DNA from: an uncultured Clostridia bacterium
Lineage (GTDB): Bacteria > Bacillota > Clostridia > Oscillospirales > CAG-272
Reading direction: 5' to 3'
NCBI GenBank assembly: GCA_937894775.1
Contig: CALAXC010000153.1
Span: 17,802 to 81,801 of the forward strand
Length of the DNA stretch: 64,000 nucleotides
Shown here: piece by piece, positions 28,378 to 37,700 of the stretch
Layout of the letters: every line of letters starts with the position of its first letter
How positions within the stretch are numbered: position 1 is the stretch's first letter
The notes under the pieces: model-generated
Database searches by the model: none
What the model saw: the letters and a program-made list of their open reading frames with translations, nothing else
Told to the model about the DNA's origin: nothing
Program-made: the position numbers and the translations under genes

Positions 28378-29703
28378 ATGTTAGAATTAGCTCGCTGTTT
28401 TGGAGGAAAGGCATTAGCATTTGATAAAGAAGCTATGCTTGATATGTTTACCTCTGAAATTGCAATAATCATATATATTTTTATTATTCTTGCGATAGTT
28501 GCGGTTCTTGTTGTAGCGCTTATTTTCTTCCAGCGCAAAGATGAATCGGATGAGGAAAATATTGCACCTGACAATGCGGGTGCTCAAGCTCCAAACGATG
28601 ATGAGGTCGAGAAGGAAGAAACCACCGAGCGTTTTTGTATGTTGAGTGCGATCGACAGAAGAAGAAACAGCTATGGACACGTGAAGTACGCAACAAACGT
28701 AACGCTTGAAGATTTCTGTGAGAATTTCAGGAATTATGCGGCATACAGACACGGATTATACTATGATATAGAAGATATAAGAAGATTCATAGCAGGAATG
28801 TCAGTGTCACATATGCTTATATTACAGGGTATGTCGGGAACAGGTAAAACCTCGTTGGCACACGCGATAGGATCATTTGTTGATAATAGCTCAACGATAA
28901 TTCCCGTGCAGCCAATGTGGAAGGAAAGAACCGACCTTATAGGTTATTATAACGAATTTACAAGAAGATTTAACGAGACATTATTGCTTACAAAGATGTA
29001 TGAGGCAAATTATAGCAAAGACGTCTATGTAACGGTTCTCGATGAAATGAATATTGCAAGAGTAGAGTATTATTTTGCTGAATTTTTGTCTTTGCTCGAG
29101 CTTCCGAATCCTGAGGAAAGATACCTCGATGTAGTATCGGACAAATGGGAAAACGATCCCACTCAGCTCAAAGACGGAAGAATAAAGCTTCCTACAAATA
29201 TGTGGTTTGTGGGAACGGCAAATAATGACGACTCAACATTCCTTATATCGGATAAGGTTTATGACCGAGCAATGATACTTGACCTCGATCAGAAAACCGA
29301 AAGATTCGTAGCGCCGCCAACCGAAAAGATGATAATATCTGCAGAACAGTTCGACGCACTTGTAGTATCTGCGCAGAAGGAATATGAGATAAGCAGCCGA
29401 AACAAGAAGAGACTTGAAGCGTTCGATGAATATCTTATAGCGCATTTCCACGTAACGTTCGGAAACCGAATTATGAAGCAGATATTGACATATATCCCCG
29501 TATATATAGCATGCGGCGGAGAAGAGCTTTTTGCGCTTGACGATATACTTTCAAAGAAGGTAATAAGAAAGCTCGAATCACAGAATCCTATATACTTCAA
29601 GAATGCGGCAGACGGATTGATCGCGTATATGGACGATCTTTTTGGCGCAGAAAATATGACTCTCTGCAAGGAGCATATAAGAAGAATTTTGAGAAATGCT
29701 TAA
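28378..29703 (+). CDS. Membrane-anchored McrB-like AAA+ NTPase, copy A
   Basis: 441 aa. One TM (IAIIIYIFIILAIVAVLVVALIFF) and an acidic linker. Walker A 'GMSGTGKT' (28828-28851), Walker B 'VLDEMN' (29035-29052), and 'GTANNDDS' (NxxD-type, 29221-29232). 'PVQPMWKERTDLIGYY' and 'EYYFAEFLSLLE' parallel the McrB blocks 'QFHPSYSYEDFVEGY' and 'IFGELMMLIE' (from memory). Confidence 0.75.
   Translation: MLELARCFGGKALAFDKEAMLDMFTSEIAIIIYIFIILAIVAVLVVALIFFQRKDESDEENIAPDNAGAQAPNDDEVEKEETTERFCMLSAIDRRRNSYGHVKYATNVTLEDFCENFRNYAAYRHGLYYDIEDIRRFIAGMSVSHMLILQGMSGTGKTSLAHAIGSFVDNSSTIIPVQPMWKERTDLIGYYNEFTRRFNETLLLTKMYEANYSKDVYVTVLDEMNIARVEYYFAEFLSLLELPNPEERYLDVVSDKWENDPTQLKDGRIKLPTNMWFVGTANNDDSTFLISDKVYDRAMILDLDQKTERFVAPPTEKMIISAEQFDALVVSAQKEYEISSRNKKRLEAFDEYLIAHFHVTFGNRIMKQILTYIPVYIACGGEELFALDDILSKKVIRKLESQNPIYFKNAADGLIAYMDDLFGAENMTLCKEHIRRILRNA
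28624..29703 (+). repeat. 1080-bp direct repeat, copy 1 (ATPase core)
   Basis: Matches 31736-32815 at a constant offset of 3112 nt. Every stretch I compared by eye was identical. The + frame and two minus-frame track ORFs (29233-29451 = 32345-32563; 29289-29669 = 32401-32781) translate identically. Flanks diverge immediately (c vs t upstream; ttttta vs aaaaaa downstream). Confidence 0.9.
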
Positions 29704-29736
29704 TTTTTAAGATAAATTTTACAAAGGAAAATTTGT

Positions 29737-31428
29737 ATGAATCAATTGGATGTTTATTACAGAGCCCAGCTTGATTATAAAAATGCGATAGAGTCCGATA
29801 AAGAGTGCTCGAAATTAAACTCTGCGTTCCTTTCAGCTGATGCAGAAAGCGACCGTTTGGTAATAACAAGAGCGTTTTGCACGGTTGATGAAGAATGGGT
29901 TGCCGAGATAGAAAAGGGCTTGGTTTTTATAGAAAAAGCTATAAAAGAAGACCGTCAGTTTATTCTTTCTCAAGGCGAGGTAGTTCCGATAGAAAAGGTT
30001 AAGTCTGTGTCAAAGGAATCGGTGCAGCATCTTGCAAAGCACAGTGATCTTATAACCGAGTATGAAGAGGGAGAGGATATTATTCCCGATAAGCTTTATA
30101 CGGTTGAGAGATTAAACGATTATACCGTTTATGAGAACAGATTCCTTTATATGTTGCTTTGCTATCTTCGAGATTTTGTTTCGCTAAGATATACGAAGAT
30201 CGTTGAAGCAACAAATAAATATGATGCCAAGCTTTCGATCAACAAAGATTTTATGATTGGTAAGGAAACTATCTCTTATACCGTAAATATACATGACGTA
30301 AGACAGGATGATGAATATCTTAAGGAGCACAATACCGCAAAGGATATCATCGATAGAATAATGCTTATTCTTAAAGCGATACTTGCATTTTTGGCGACAC
30401 CTCTTATGGAATATCAGGCAAAAGTCCCAATGATAAAACCCCCTATAACCAAGACTAATGTTCTTAAAATGAATAATAATTTCAAGGGCGCAGTAGCACT
30501 TTATGATTATATTATTTCTTATGATAAACAAGGCTTTGAAATCGAAAATCAGGTCACAAATATATCTCCGTTTACAATCGAGATGGGCTCTGATTTTGCT
30601 TTGGCAGGTGGAATGATGACGTTTCTTTCTTATCAGTATGGTTTAGGACTTAAGAGTGAGCTTAAGGCTTCCTACGATAAAGAAGAAGAACGTCGCAAGG
30701 ATGAGCTTGTAAAGCGAAACAGAGAGCTTATTGCAGCGCTTGATAAGAGACTTCAAAGATCTGAGATAACTCATAGCGAATACATAATCAAGCTCGAAGA
30801 ACAGATAAAGCTCCTTGAAAAGCAGTGTGAACGTTTAGAGTTTATGCGCAAAGAGGTCGAGCGTCTTAAAACAAGTGAAAATAAGCTTTTGGCGGATATA
30901 AAGATATCTTATCTTGAAATATCTAAGCTCAAGAGTGATATGCTTTCTAAAGAACATGAGCATGCAGAGGCGGTCGAGCGCGTTCAAAGAGAGTGCTCCA
31001 ACAAAATGCTCGAAATGTCGCAGGCATTTAATCAGGAGAAGATAGAGGCTACCGCTTCGCTTGTGGCAGAGGTAAGCGGCTTGCAAAACAGAGTTGCTGA
31101 GTTGATTGAAAGCAACAGGGTTGAACGTGAGGAATCCAAGAAGGAACTTAATGCACTTCAGGAAGAATATGATAAGCTGATGCAGGATTTCAACGAGCTT
31201 CAGGAAACGAAACGTCTTATAAACGCAAGGCTCAGATCCTATCTTTTTAAGAACGGTGAAGTTCCCGCAGGTGAGGATAACACCGATAAAGAGAAATTTG
31301 ATGAACTTGAAAATGAACTTGAGGTATTTATTAAGTTCTATAAAAAAGAATGGAATAAAACCAAAAAGCGTATACGTAAGGAGCTTTTGAATATCAAAAA
31401 TATCAGAAAGCAGGATGAGCAGGAATGA
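29737..31428 (+). CDS. McrC-N-terminal-like (DUF2357-like) protein with ~200-aa C-terminal coiled coil; no nuclease motif seen
   Basis: 563 aa. 'YTVYENRFLYMLLCYL' resembles the ENR(F/L) block of McrC-family N-domains (recalled, not searched). Residues ~310-500 are heptad-like and E/K/L/Q-rich. It lies between the two McrB-like genes. Confidence 0.5.
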   Translation: MNQLDVYYRAQLDYKNAIESDKECSKLNSAFLSADAESDRLVITRAFCTVDEEWVAEIEKGLVFIEKAIKEDRQFILSQGEVVPIEKVKSVSKESVQHLAKHSDLITEYEEGEDIIPDKLYTVERLNDYTVYENRFLYMLLCYLRDFVSLRYTKIVEATNKYDAKLSINKDFMIGKETISYTVNIHDVRQDDEYLKEHNTAKDIIDRIMLILKAILAFLATPLMEYQAKVPMIKPPITKTNVLKMNNNFKGAVALYDYIISYDKQGFEIENQVTNISPFTIEMGSDFALAGGMMTFLSYQYGLGLKSELKASYDKEEERRKDELVKRNRELIAALDKRLQRSEITHSEYIIKLEEQIKLLEKQCERLEFMRKEVERLKTSENKLLADIKISYLEISKLKSDMLSKEHEHAEAVERVQRECSNKMLEMSQAFNQEKIEATASLVAEVSGLQNRVAELIESNRVEREESKKELNALQEEYDKLMQDFNELQETKRLINARLRSYLFKNGEVPAGEDNTDKEKFDELENELEVFIKFYKKEWNKTKKRIRKELLNIKNIRKQDEQE

Positions 31429-31444
31429 TGCTTGGGTGGAATAG

Positions 31445-32815
31445 ATGACGAAAAATGTTAAAAGAAATATAAAAAGAGTTATTTTACTTATCGTTTCTCT
31501 TGCGCTTGAGGGAATACTCGCATTTATGCTTATAGGCGGTATTGCAAATCACGGGCTTGCAGAATCTAAAGTAATAACGCTTATAATAATTCTTATGCTT
31601 ATGATACCGCTTGCTTTGTTGGCACTTTTGTTTGTTGTTTCTTTTAGAAAAAAGCAACAAGCAAAAGTATCCAAAAGGCAAGAGACCGATAAAAAAACGG
31701 GTAAGAAGAAAAAGAAAAACGAAGATAACGGTGATACCGAGCGTTTTTGTATGTTGAGTGCGATCGACAGAAGAAGAAACAGCTATGGACACGTGAAGTA
31801 CGCAACAAACGTAACGCTTGAAGATTTCTGTGAGAATTTCAGGAATTATGCGGCATACAGACACGGATTATACTATGATATAGAAGATATAAGAAGATTC
31901 ATAGCAGGAATGTCAGTGTCACATATGCTTATATTACAGGGTATGTCGGGAACAGGTAAAACCTCGTTGGCACACGCGATAGGATCATTTGTTGATAATA
32001 GCTCAACGATAATTCCCGTGCAGCCAATGTGGAAGGAAAGAACCGACCTTATAGGTTATTATAACGAATTTACAAGAAGATTTAACGAGACATTATTGCT
32101 TACAAAGATGTATGAGGCAAATTATAGCAAAGACGTCTATGTAACGGTTCTCGATGAAATGAATATTGCAAGAGTAGAGTATTATTTTGCTGAATTTTTG
32201 TCTTTGCTCGAGCTTCCGAATCCTGAGGAAAGATACCTCGATGTAGTATCGGACAAATGGGAAAACGATCCCACTCAGCTCAAAGACGGAAGAATAAAGC
32301 TTCCTACAAATATGTGGTTTGTGGGAACGGCAAATAATGACGACTCAACATTCCTTATATCGGATAAGGTTTATGACCGAGCAATGATACTTGACCTCGA
32401 TCAGAAAACCGAAAGATTCGTAGCGCCGCCAACCGAAAAGATGATAATATCTGCAGAACAGTTCGACGCACTTGTAGTATCTGCGCAGAAGGAATATGAG
32501 ATAAGCAGCCGAAACAAGAAGAGACTTGAAGCGTTCGATGAATATCTTATAGCGCATTTCCACGTAACGTTCGGAAACCGAATTATGAAGCAGATATTGA
32601 CATATATCCCCGTATATATAGCATGCGGCGGAGAAGAGCTTTTTGCGCTTGACGATATACTTTCAAAGAAGGTAATAAGAAAGCTCGAATCACAGAATCC
32701 TATATACTTCAAGAATGCGGCAGACGGATTGATCGCGTATATGGACGATCTTTTTGGCGCAGAAAATATGACTCTCTGCAAGGAGCATATAAGAAGAATT
32801 TTGAGAAATGCTTAA
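31445..32815 (+). CDS. Membrane-anchored McrB-like AAA+ NTPase, copy B
   Basis: 456 aa with a 2-TM hairpin N-terminus and a Lys-rich linker. From 'TERFCMLSAIDRR' to the C-terminus the protein is identical to copy A (359 aa). Confidence 0.75.
   Translation: MTKNVKRNIKRVILLIVSLALEGILAFMLIGGIANHGLAESKVITLIIILMLMIPLALLALLFVVSFRKKQQAKVSKRQETDKKTGKKKKKNEDNGDTERFCMLSAIDRRRNSYGHVKYATNVTLEDFCENFRNYAAYRHGLYYDIEDIRRFIAGMSVSHMLILQGMSGTGKTSLAHAIGSFVDNSSTIIPVQPMWKERTDLIGYYNEFTRRFNETLLLTKMYEANYSKDVYVTVLDEMNIARVEYYFAEFLSLLELPNPEERYLDVVSDKWENDPTQLKDGRIKLPTNMWFVGTANNDDSTFLISDKVYDRAMILDLDQKTERFVAPPTEKMIISAEQFDALVVSAQKEYEISSRNKKRLEAFDEYLIAHFHVTFGNRIMKQILTYIPVYIACGGEELFALDDILSKKVIRKLESQNPIYFKNAADGLIAYMDDLFGAENMTLCKEHIRRILRNA
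31736..32815 (+). repeat. 1080-bp direct repeat, copy 2 (ATPase core)
   Basis: See copy 1. Confidence 0.9.
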
Positions 32816-32842
32816 AAAAATAAAGATTTGAGATTATAGATT

Positions 32843-34738
32843 ATGTTTAAAGATAGTAAATATGTAAAGTTAATATGCATAGTCTTGGTTTTTTCTGCTT
32901 TGGCGTTGGCACTTTCGATGGGGATTTTAGCTATCAGCGCTTTGCGGAATGAAACTTTTGCTGATCCGCTTGACGGTTATCAGGAAAACCTCGAGAAAGA
33001 AACGGTGACCCTTCCGCCTCCTGTTCCCCCTGACGGACCCGATCCTGACGACGATCCGGACGGAGATAATACAAGCCCGTATCAAGTGTATTCCGATCAA
33101 GCTGTAGATGCTCTCTATTTGAGGGGGGAGGCTTTTGGAAATTATAACGGAAAAGGATGGGATGAGGCAGTTCCGTATACAAATTTGATAGATGATAAAT
33201 ATCCTGCAACCTATCTTGGAAGTTTGATGATAGAAGAGTGGAGCCGAGCTTGGGGCATGTCTCCGATAGCTCTTTCTATAAAGCCGAATGATGCTGAAAT
33301 GATCATACCTTCCTATACGGCAACATCGGAATATGTTGCAGATCTTATGGGAACAACGGATTATAAAGAAGAGTATTTAATTCCGGAAGATGATGTTACG
33401 GCAAATCCAAAGAGCTCAGAAATTTACCGTATGCATTATTATAATTACACAAATGTCAGCAAGAAAAAGGAAACTCCTACCACTTATGCACTCTATGAAA
33501 GGGTATACCGCGACTTTGTATATGACCATTATCTTTATGTAGATGATACAACAAAGTCCTATATGCTTGATATTATAGATAAGCAAAAGTTTGATTTTTA
33601 TGATCAGAATGTTGCTCAGAATATTTCGGATTATGTTTCCGGATTAGGCGAATATCTCATTACTTATGATCAAGCCCTTGATCAAGAGGAAAATATGGTT
33701 ATTGCCTTTATTGAAAAATATAAAGCAGGAACGTGTAAGCATTTTGCAAGTACTGCCACACTTATTTTCAGATCAATGGGAATTCCCGCAAGATATGTTA
33801 CGGGATATATGACAGCAACAGAAGCGGGAGAATGGGTGCAGCTCGATAATTTCAATTCACACGCTTGGGTAGAAATATATGTTGACGGCTTTGGCTGGAA
33901 AACGGTAGAGGTAACACCCGCACAGCAAAAAGATCCTATAGAGATAAAGCCTGTTGATGTTAAGAAAAAATTTGACGGAACTCCGATTTTCCCTGAATAT
34001 AAGATAGAAGGCTTTGAAGAGTACGAAAAGCTTGGATATACTTATGAGGTGGTTATAAGCGGAGAACGTACCGAACCGGGTGTGTCTGAAAGTATTATTG
34101 AAGATATAAAGATATTCGATTCCAATAAAACTGAAGTAACAGATAATTTTCTATTTGAAAAAAAGCCGGGAAAAATTATTGTTCTTGTTAGCGGAGTTGT
34201 TTTGAGGAGCGAGTCGATATCTCAGGTATATGACGGAATTCCGAGGACTTCGGATCTTTCAAAATGCAGTATAGATTTTGAAGATGGTGCAAAGCTTTTG
34301 GAAGGACATACTATCAGAATGGAAGCGAGATTACTTGAGACTAAGATAGGTGTTCATTCGCATGCATTTGATGTTATTGTGGAAGACAGTGAAGGTAATA
34401 ATGTTACGGATGTGTATCTTTTCTCGTATGATTTAGGTAAATATGAAATATCTCCGATATCTATAACCATTAAAGCGGGAAGCGCTGAACAAGAATATCT
34501 TCCTGGAAAGATACTTACTTGTGATCAGTATGAAATAACATCAGGAAAGCTTATGGAAGGTGATTATATTCCCGATGATATAGTTATTACCAAAGGAGAG
34601 CAAAAGGTACCGGGAAGAAGTCCTAACACAATAGATCGTAGTAAAATAGTTATTTTAAATTCCGAGGGTGAAGATGTTTCGTCTAACTATGTAATTCGTA
34701 CAGAGGTTGGAGAGTTACGTCTTTATGAAAGTGAATAA
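32843..34738 (+). CDS. N-terminally anchored transglutaminase-core protein with C-terminal YDG-type repeats
   Basis: 631 aa. Signal-anchor 'LICIVLVFSALALALSMGILAI' and a Pro/Asp-rich linker. TGase core 'GTCKHFASTATLIFRSMGIPARYVTGY...HAWVEIYVDGFGWKTVEVTP'. The C-terminal ~260 aa holds repeats containing 'YDG' and 'EGH'. Confidence 0.75.
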   Translation: MFKDSKYVKLICIVLVFSALALALSMGILAISALRNETFADPLDGYQENLEKETVTLPPPVPPDGPDPDDDPDGDNTSPYQVYSDQAVDALYLRGEAFGNYNGKGWDEAVPYTNLIDDKYPATYLGSLMIEEWSRAWGMSPIALSIKPNDAEMIIPSYTATSEYVADLMGTTDYKEEYLIPEDDVTANPKSSEIYRMHYYNYTNVSKKKETPTTYALYERVYRDFVYDHYLYVDDTTKSYMLDIIDKQKFDFYDQNVAQNISDYVSGLGEYLITYDQALDQEENMVIAFIEKYKAGTCKHFASTATLIFRSMGIPARYVTGYMTATEAGEWVQLDNFNSHAWVEIYVDGFGWKTVEVTPAQQKDPIEIKPVDVKKKFDGTPIFPEYKIEGFEEYEKLGYTYEVVISGERTEPGVSESIIEDIKIFDSNKTEVTDNFLFEKKPGKIIVLVSGVVLRSESISQVYDGIPRTSDLSKCSIDFEDGAKLLEGHTIRMEARLLETKIGVHSHAFDVIVEDSEGNNVTDVYLFSYDLGKYEISPISITIKAGSAEQEYLPGKILTCDQYEITSGKLMEGDYIPDDIVITKGEQKVPGRSPNTIDRSKIVILNSEGEDVSSNYVIRTEVGELRLYESE

Positions 34739-34756
34739 TAAGTAAAGGGTGGTATA

Positions 34757-37700
34757 ATGTTATACGATAGCTACCATAAAAAAATATCGAAGGTCGTTGA
34801 TGTTTTACGCAAGGTATTTAAGCACATAGTCCTGATCAGCATTGTTTTAGGACTTTTGCTTGCGTTTCTCATTACTTTTATGGTTACAAAGGGAATGATT
34901 ATTGACGATAAAAATGTGTCTAATAAATTCGCTGTAACTTACGGAGAAGACCTTCCATTGAAGACGAGCGCTATGTTCGCTTCACATAAATATCAATATT
35001 CCGAAAACGGAAGAAAATGGAGCGATGCTTTTCCGTCAGAACCGGGAACATACCGGGTCAGGGCAGTTGCTAAAGGAATATTCGGAAATGAGAGATACGG
35101 AAAGATCTATACTTTTGTTTTAAAAGCAAAGGAAATTGATGTTTCTGTAGTCGAAGATGAAATTATATATGGAGAACTTCCAACGGTTGAAGCTAAGCTT
35201 TCTTATGAAGATACTATCAGCTGTGACGGTTTTGTTTATGAAGACCGCTTTTCGGCAAGCACTAAGGTAACTCCGAATGCAGAGGACATTACGATTCTTA
35301 ATAAAGACGGTGAAGATGTTACCTCTTCTTATGAGATAAACGTTGAAAGTACCGACATCAACGTGCTTCAAAGAGAAATTCTGGTTACTGTATCCGATCA
35401 GTCAATGATATATAATGATGTAAAGTTTAGTTATGACGGATACGAATTAAGTAACGGAACTTTAGCCGACGGTGATACTATTCAGGCGGTATTTGATAAG
35501 TATCTTATAGATGTAGGTGAGATCGAGAATACCCCCCAGCTTAAGGTCGTTACATCAGACGGTTTTGATATTTCAATGCATTATTCTATCCAAACACAGA
35601 TAGGTAAGCTTAAAGTTGACTACCGTCCGTTGATAATTAAAACGCCAAGTGCTGAAAAGGTATATGATGCAAACGCTCTTTCAAATTCCGAGTACGAGAT
35701 AGTAGGGGAATACGGTCTTGTTGAAGGACATACGATGATCTGTATTTCCAACACTTCTATAACGGACGTTGATGAGGTTGAGAACGTTCTTGATTTTGAG
35801 ATCAAGAATGCGGCAGGAGAAGATAAGACTCCTAACTATTCTTTCTTCTATGAAAGAGGAATGCTTAAAGTAACCGAAAGACCTCTTAATGTTTCGTTTG
35901 TGAGTGGAACTTGGATGTATGATAACAAGTGGCATAAGGGTGAAATAAAGCTTGAAGGCCTTTGCGAAGGACATAAAGCGACTTATGATATACCGAGTAT
36001 AATCGATACAGGTAAGATAGAAAACTCTACCGAGATAACCGAGATTTATGATGCTCACGGAAAAGATGTTTTCTTGAATTATGATATCATTTACGGTGAT
36101 TTCGGTACTCTTGAAGTTACAAAACGTCCGATAACTATTACTACTGAGAGTCAGACTTTGACTTATGACGGTGTTATCAGAGTTTTTGATAAGTATGAAA
36201 TTACATCTGAAATAAAGCTTGCTGACGGTGAAGAGCTTCAGCTTACCTTTAACGAGTTCTACAAGGCAGGAACTTATGACAATAATATTGTTTCTGCTAT
36301 GATAAACTACAGCCGAACAGGTACAGGCGTTCCGGATGAAAACGGTTGGTATCAGGTAGGCAGCAGTGGAGTTGCCGATGCTGCTCAAAACTATGAGATA
36401 ACTGAGGTAATAGGAAAGATAATTATTAATAAGTGTCCGATTACTTTGCGTCCTGTTGATATAGCGCATGTGTATGACGGTACGTTGATTGTTCCTACTG
36501 AATTCGATATCGTTTCGGGAGAGCTTCCTCCAAGTCATACTATATATCCCGAGTATATAGGTTCACTTACCGATGCGGGAGAAATAGATACGGATATAGA
36601 TCTTACAAAGACTATAGTTAAAGTGCTTCGTGATGACGGTTCGGAAGAAGATGCTACCGAGAACTTTGAGATCACAGTTCAAAAGGGTAAGATCACTATC
36701 AGTAAAAGACAGATCACCGTTAGAACCGAAACAGTTGAAAAGATATACGATGGAACTCCGTTATCAAGTAATAATTGGGAGATCGTAAGCGAAACACAGC
36801 TTGTTGAAACTCATACGCTTAATCTTGAATGTAATGTTTCAAGAATTTATCCAGGTGAAAGTGATAATCTTGTAGATCTTGATTCTGTCACGATCGTTGA
36901 TGAAAATGAAAATGACGTTCTTAAGAATTATGAGATAACTTACGAGTACGGTAAGCTTATAGTACATAAGCGACCGATAACTATTGTTGCTTCAAGTGCG
37001 AGAAAGACCTATGATGGAACACCTCTTGTTTCTACAGAATATTCTATCTTGGATGCTGATTTAGAGGATTACGGATTATTGGAAGGTCATACCCTCAAGG
37101 CAACGACAAGCGGTTCTATAACCAACAAGGGTGAGACCTCAAATAAGATCGATATCGATAAAGTGAGAATACGTAATGCTTCAAATAAAAACGAAACAGA
37201 GTATTATGAAATTACTTGTTCTGACGGAACACTTACTATTGATCCGATAATTGTCAATATCACTACTTCGTCTGTAAATAAAATCTATGACGGTACCTCT
37301 ATAAATCCTAAGATCGATACCGTAGTCGATTCGGATATCGAAGAGAAAATCATTGCGGGACACACTTATTCGATCACAGTAGCGGATAAGGAGCTTATAA
37401 ATGTAAAAGATTCTCCGCTGGAAAATGAAGCGATTTTGGTAGTTTACGATGAAAAAGGTGCAGATATGACTGCACTTGGAAATTATGAGGTAAACGGAAC
37501 TTGGGGAAGTATTATTATTCTTCCCAGAGTTATTAAAATACTTCCTAAACCATCAGTAACGAGTAAGGTTTATGACGGAAATCCGTTGACTTGTACCGAT
37601 TATGAGGATATTTCAAATGCTGAATTAAACGAAGGACTCCTCAGCAATCATTTGCTGGAGCAAATAGAATTTAATTCTCAAACAGATGCAACTGATTTCT

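Noticed and set aside
27990-28574. 194-aa minus-strand ORF spanning the junction between the GH3-fusion gene and ATPase A.
   Set aside because: It crosses an intergenic spacer containing the + strand RBS and is antisense to two well-supported frames. Its composition is Ser/Ile-rich.
28624-32815. Whether the 1080-bp repeats mark an insertion sequence or composite transposon.
   Set aside because: The repeats are direct and coincide exactly with an in-frame ATPase core. They have no terminal inverted repeats, and the intervening DNA encodes a coiled-coil protein plus a TM anchor rather than a transposase.
35681-36538. 285-aa ORF antisense within the 1675-aa gene.
   Set aside because: The opposite-strand frame carries the regular YDG repeat architecture. 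The antisense product is low-complexity Ile/Asn/Ser/Tyr-rich, as expected from AT-rich coding DNA.
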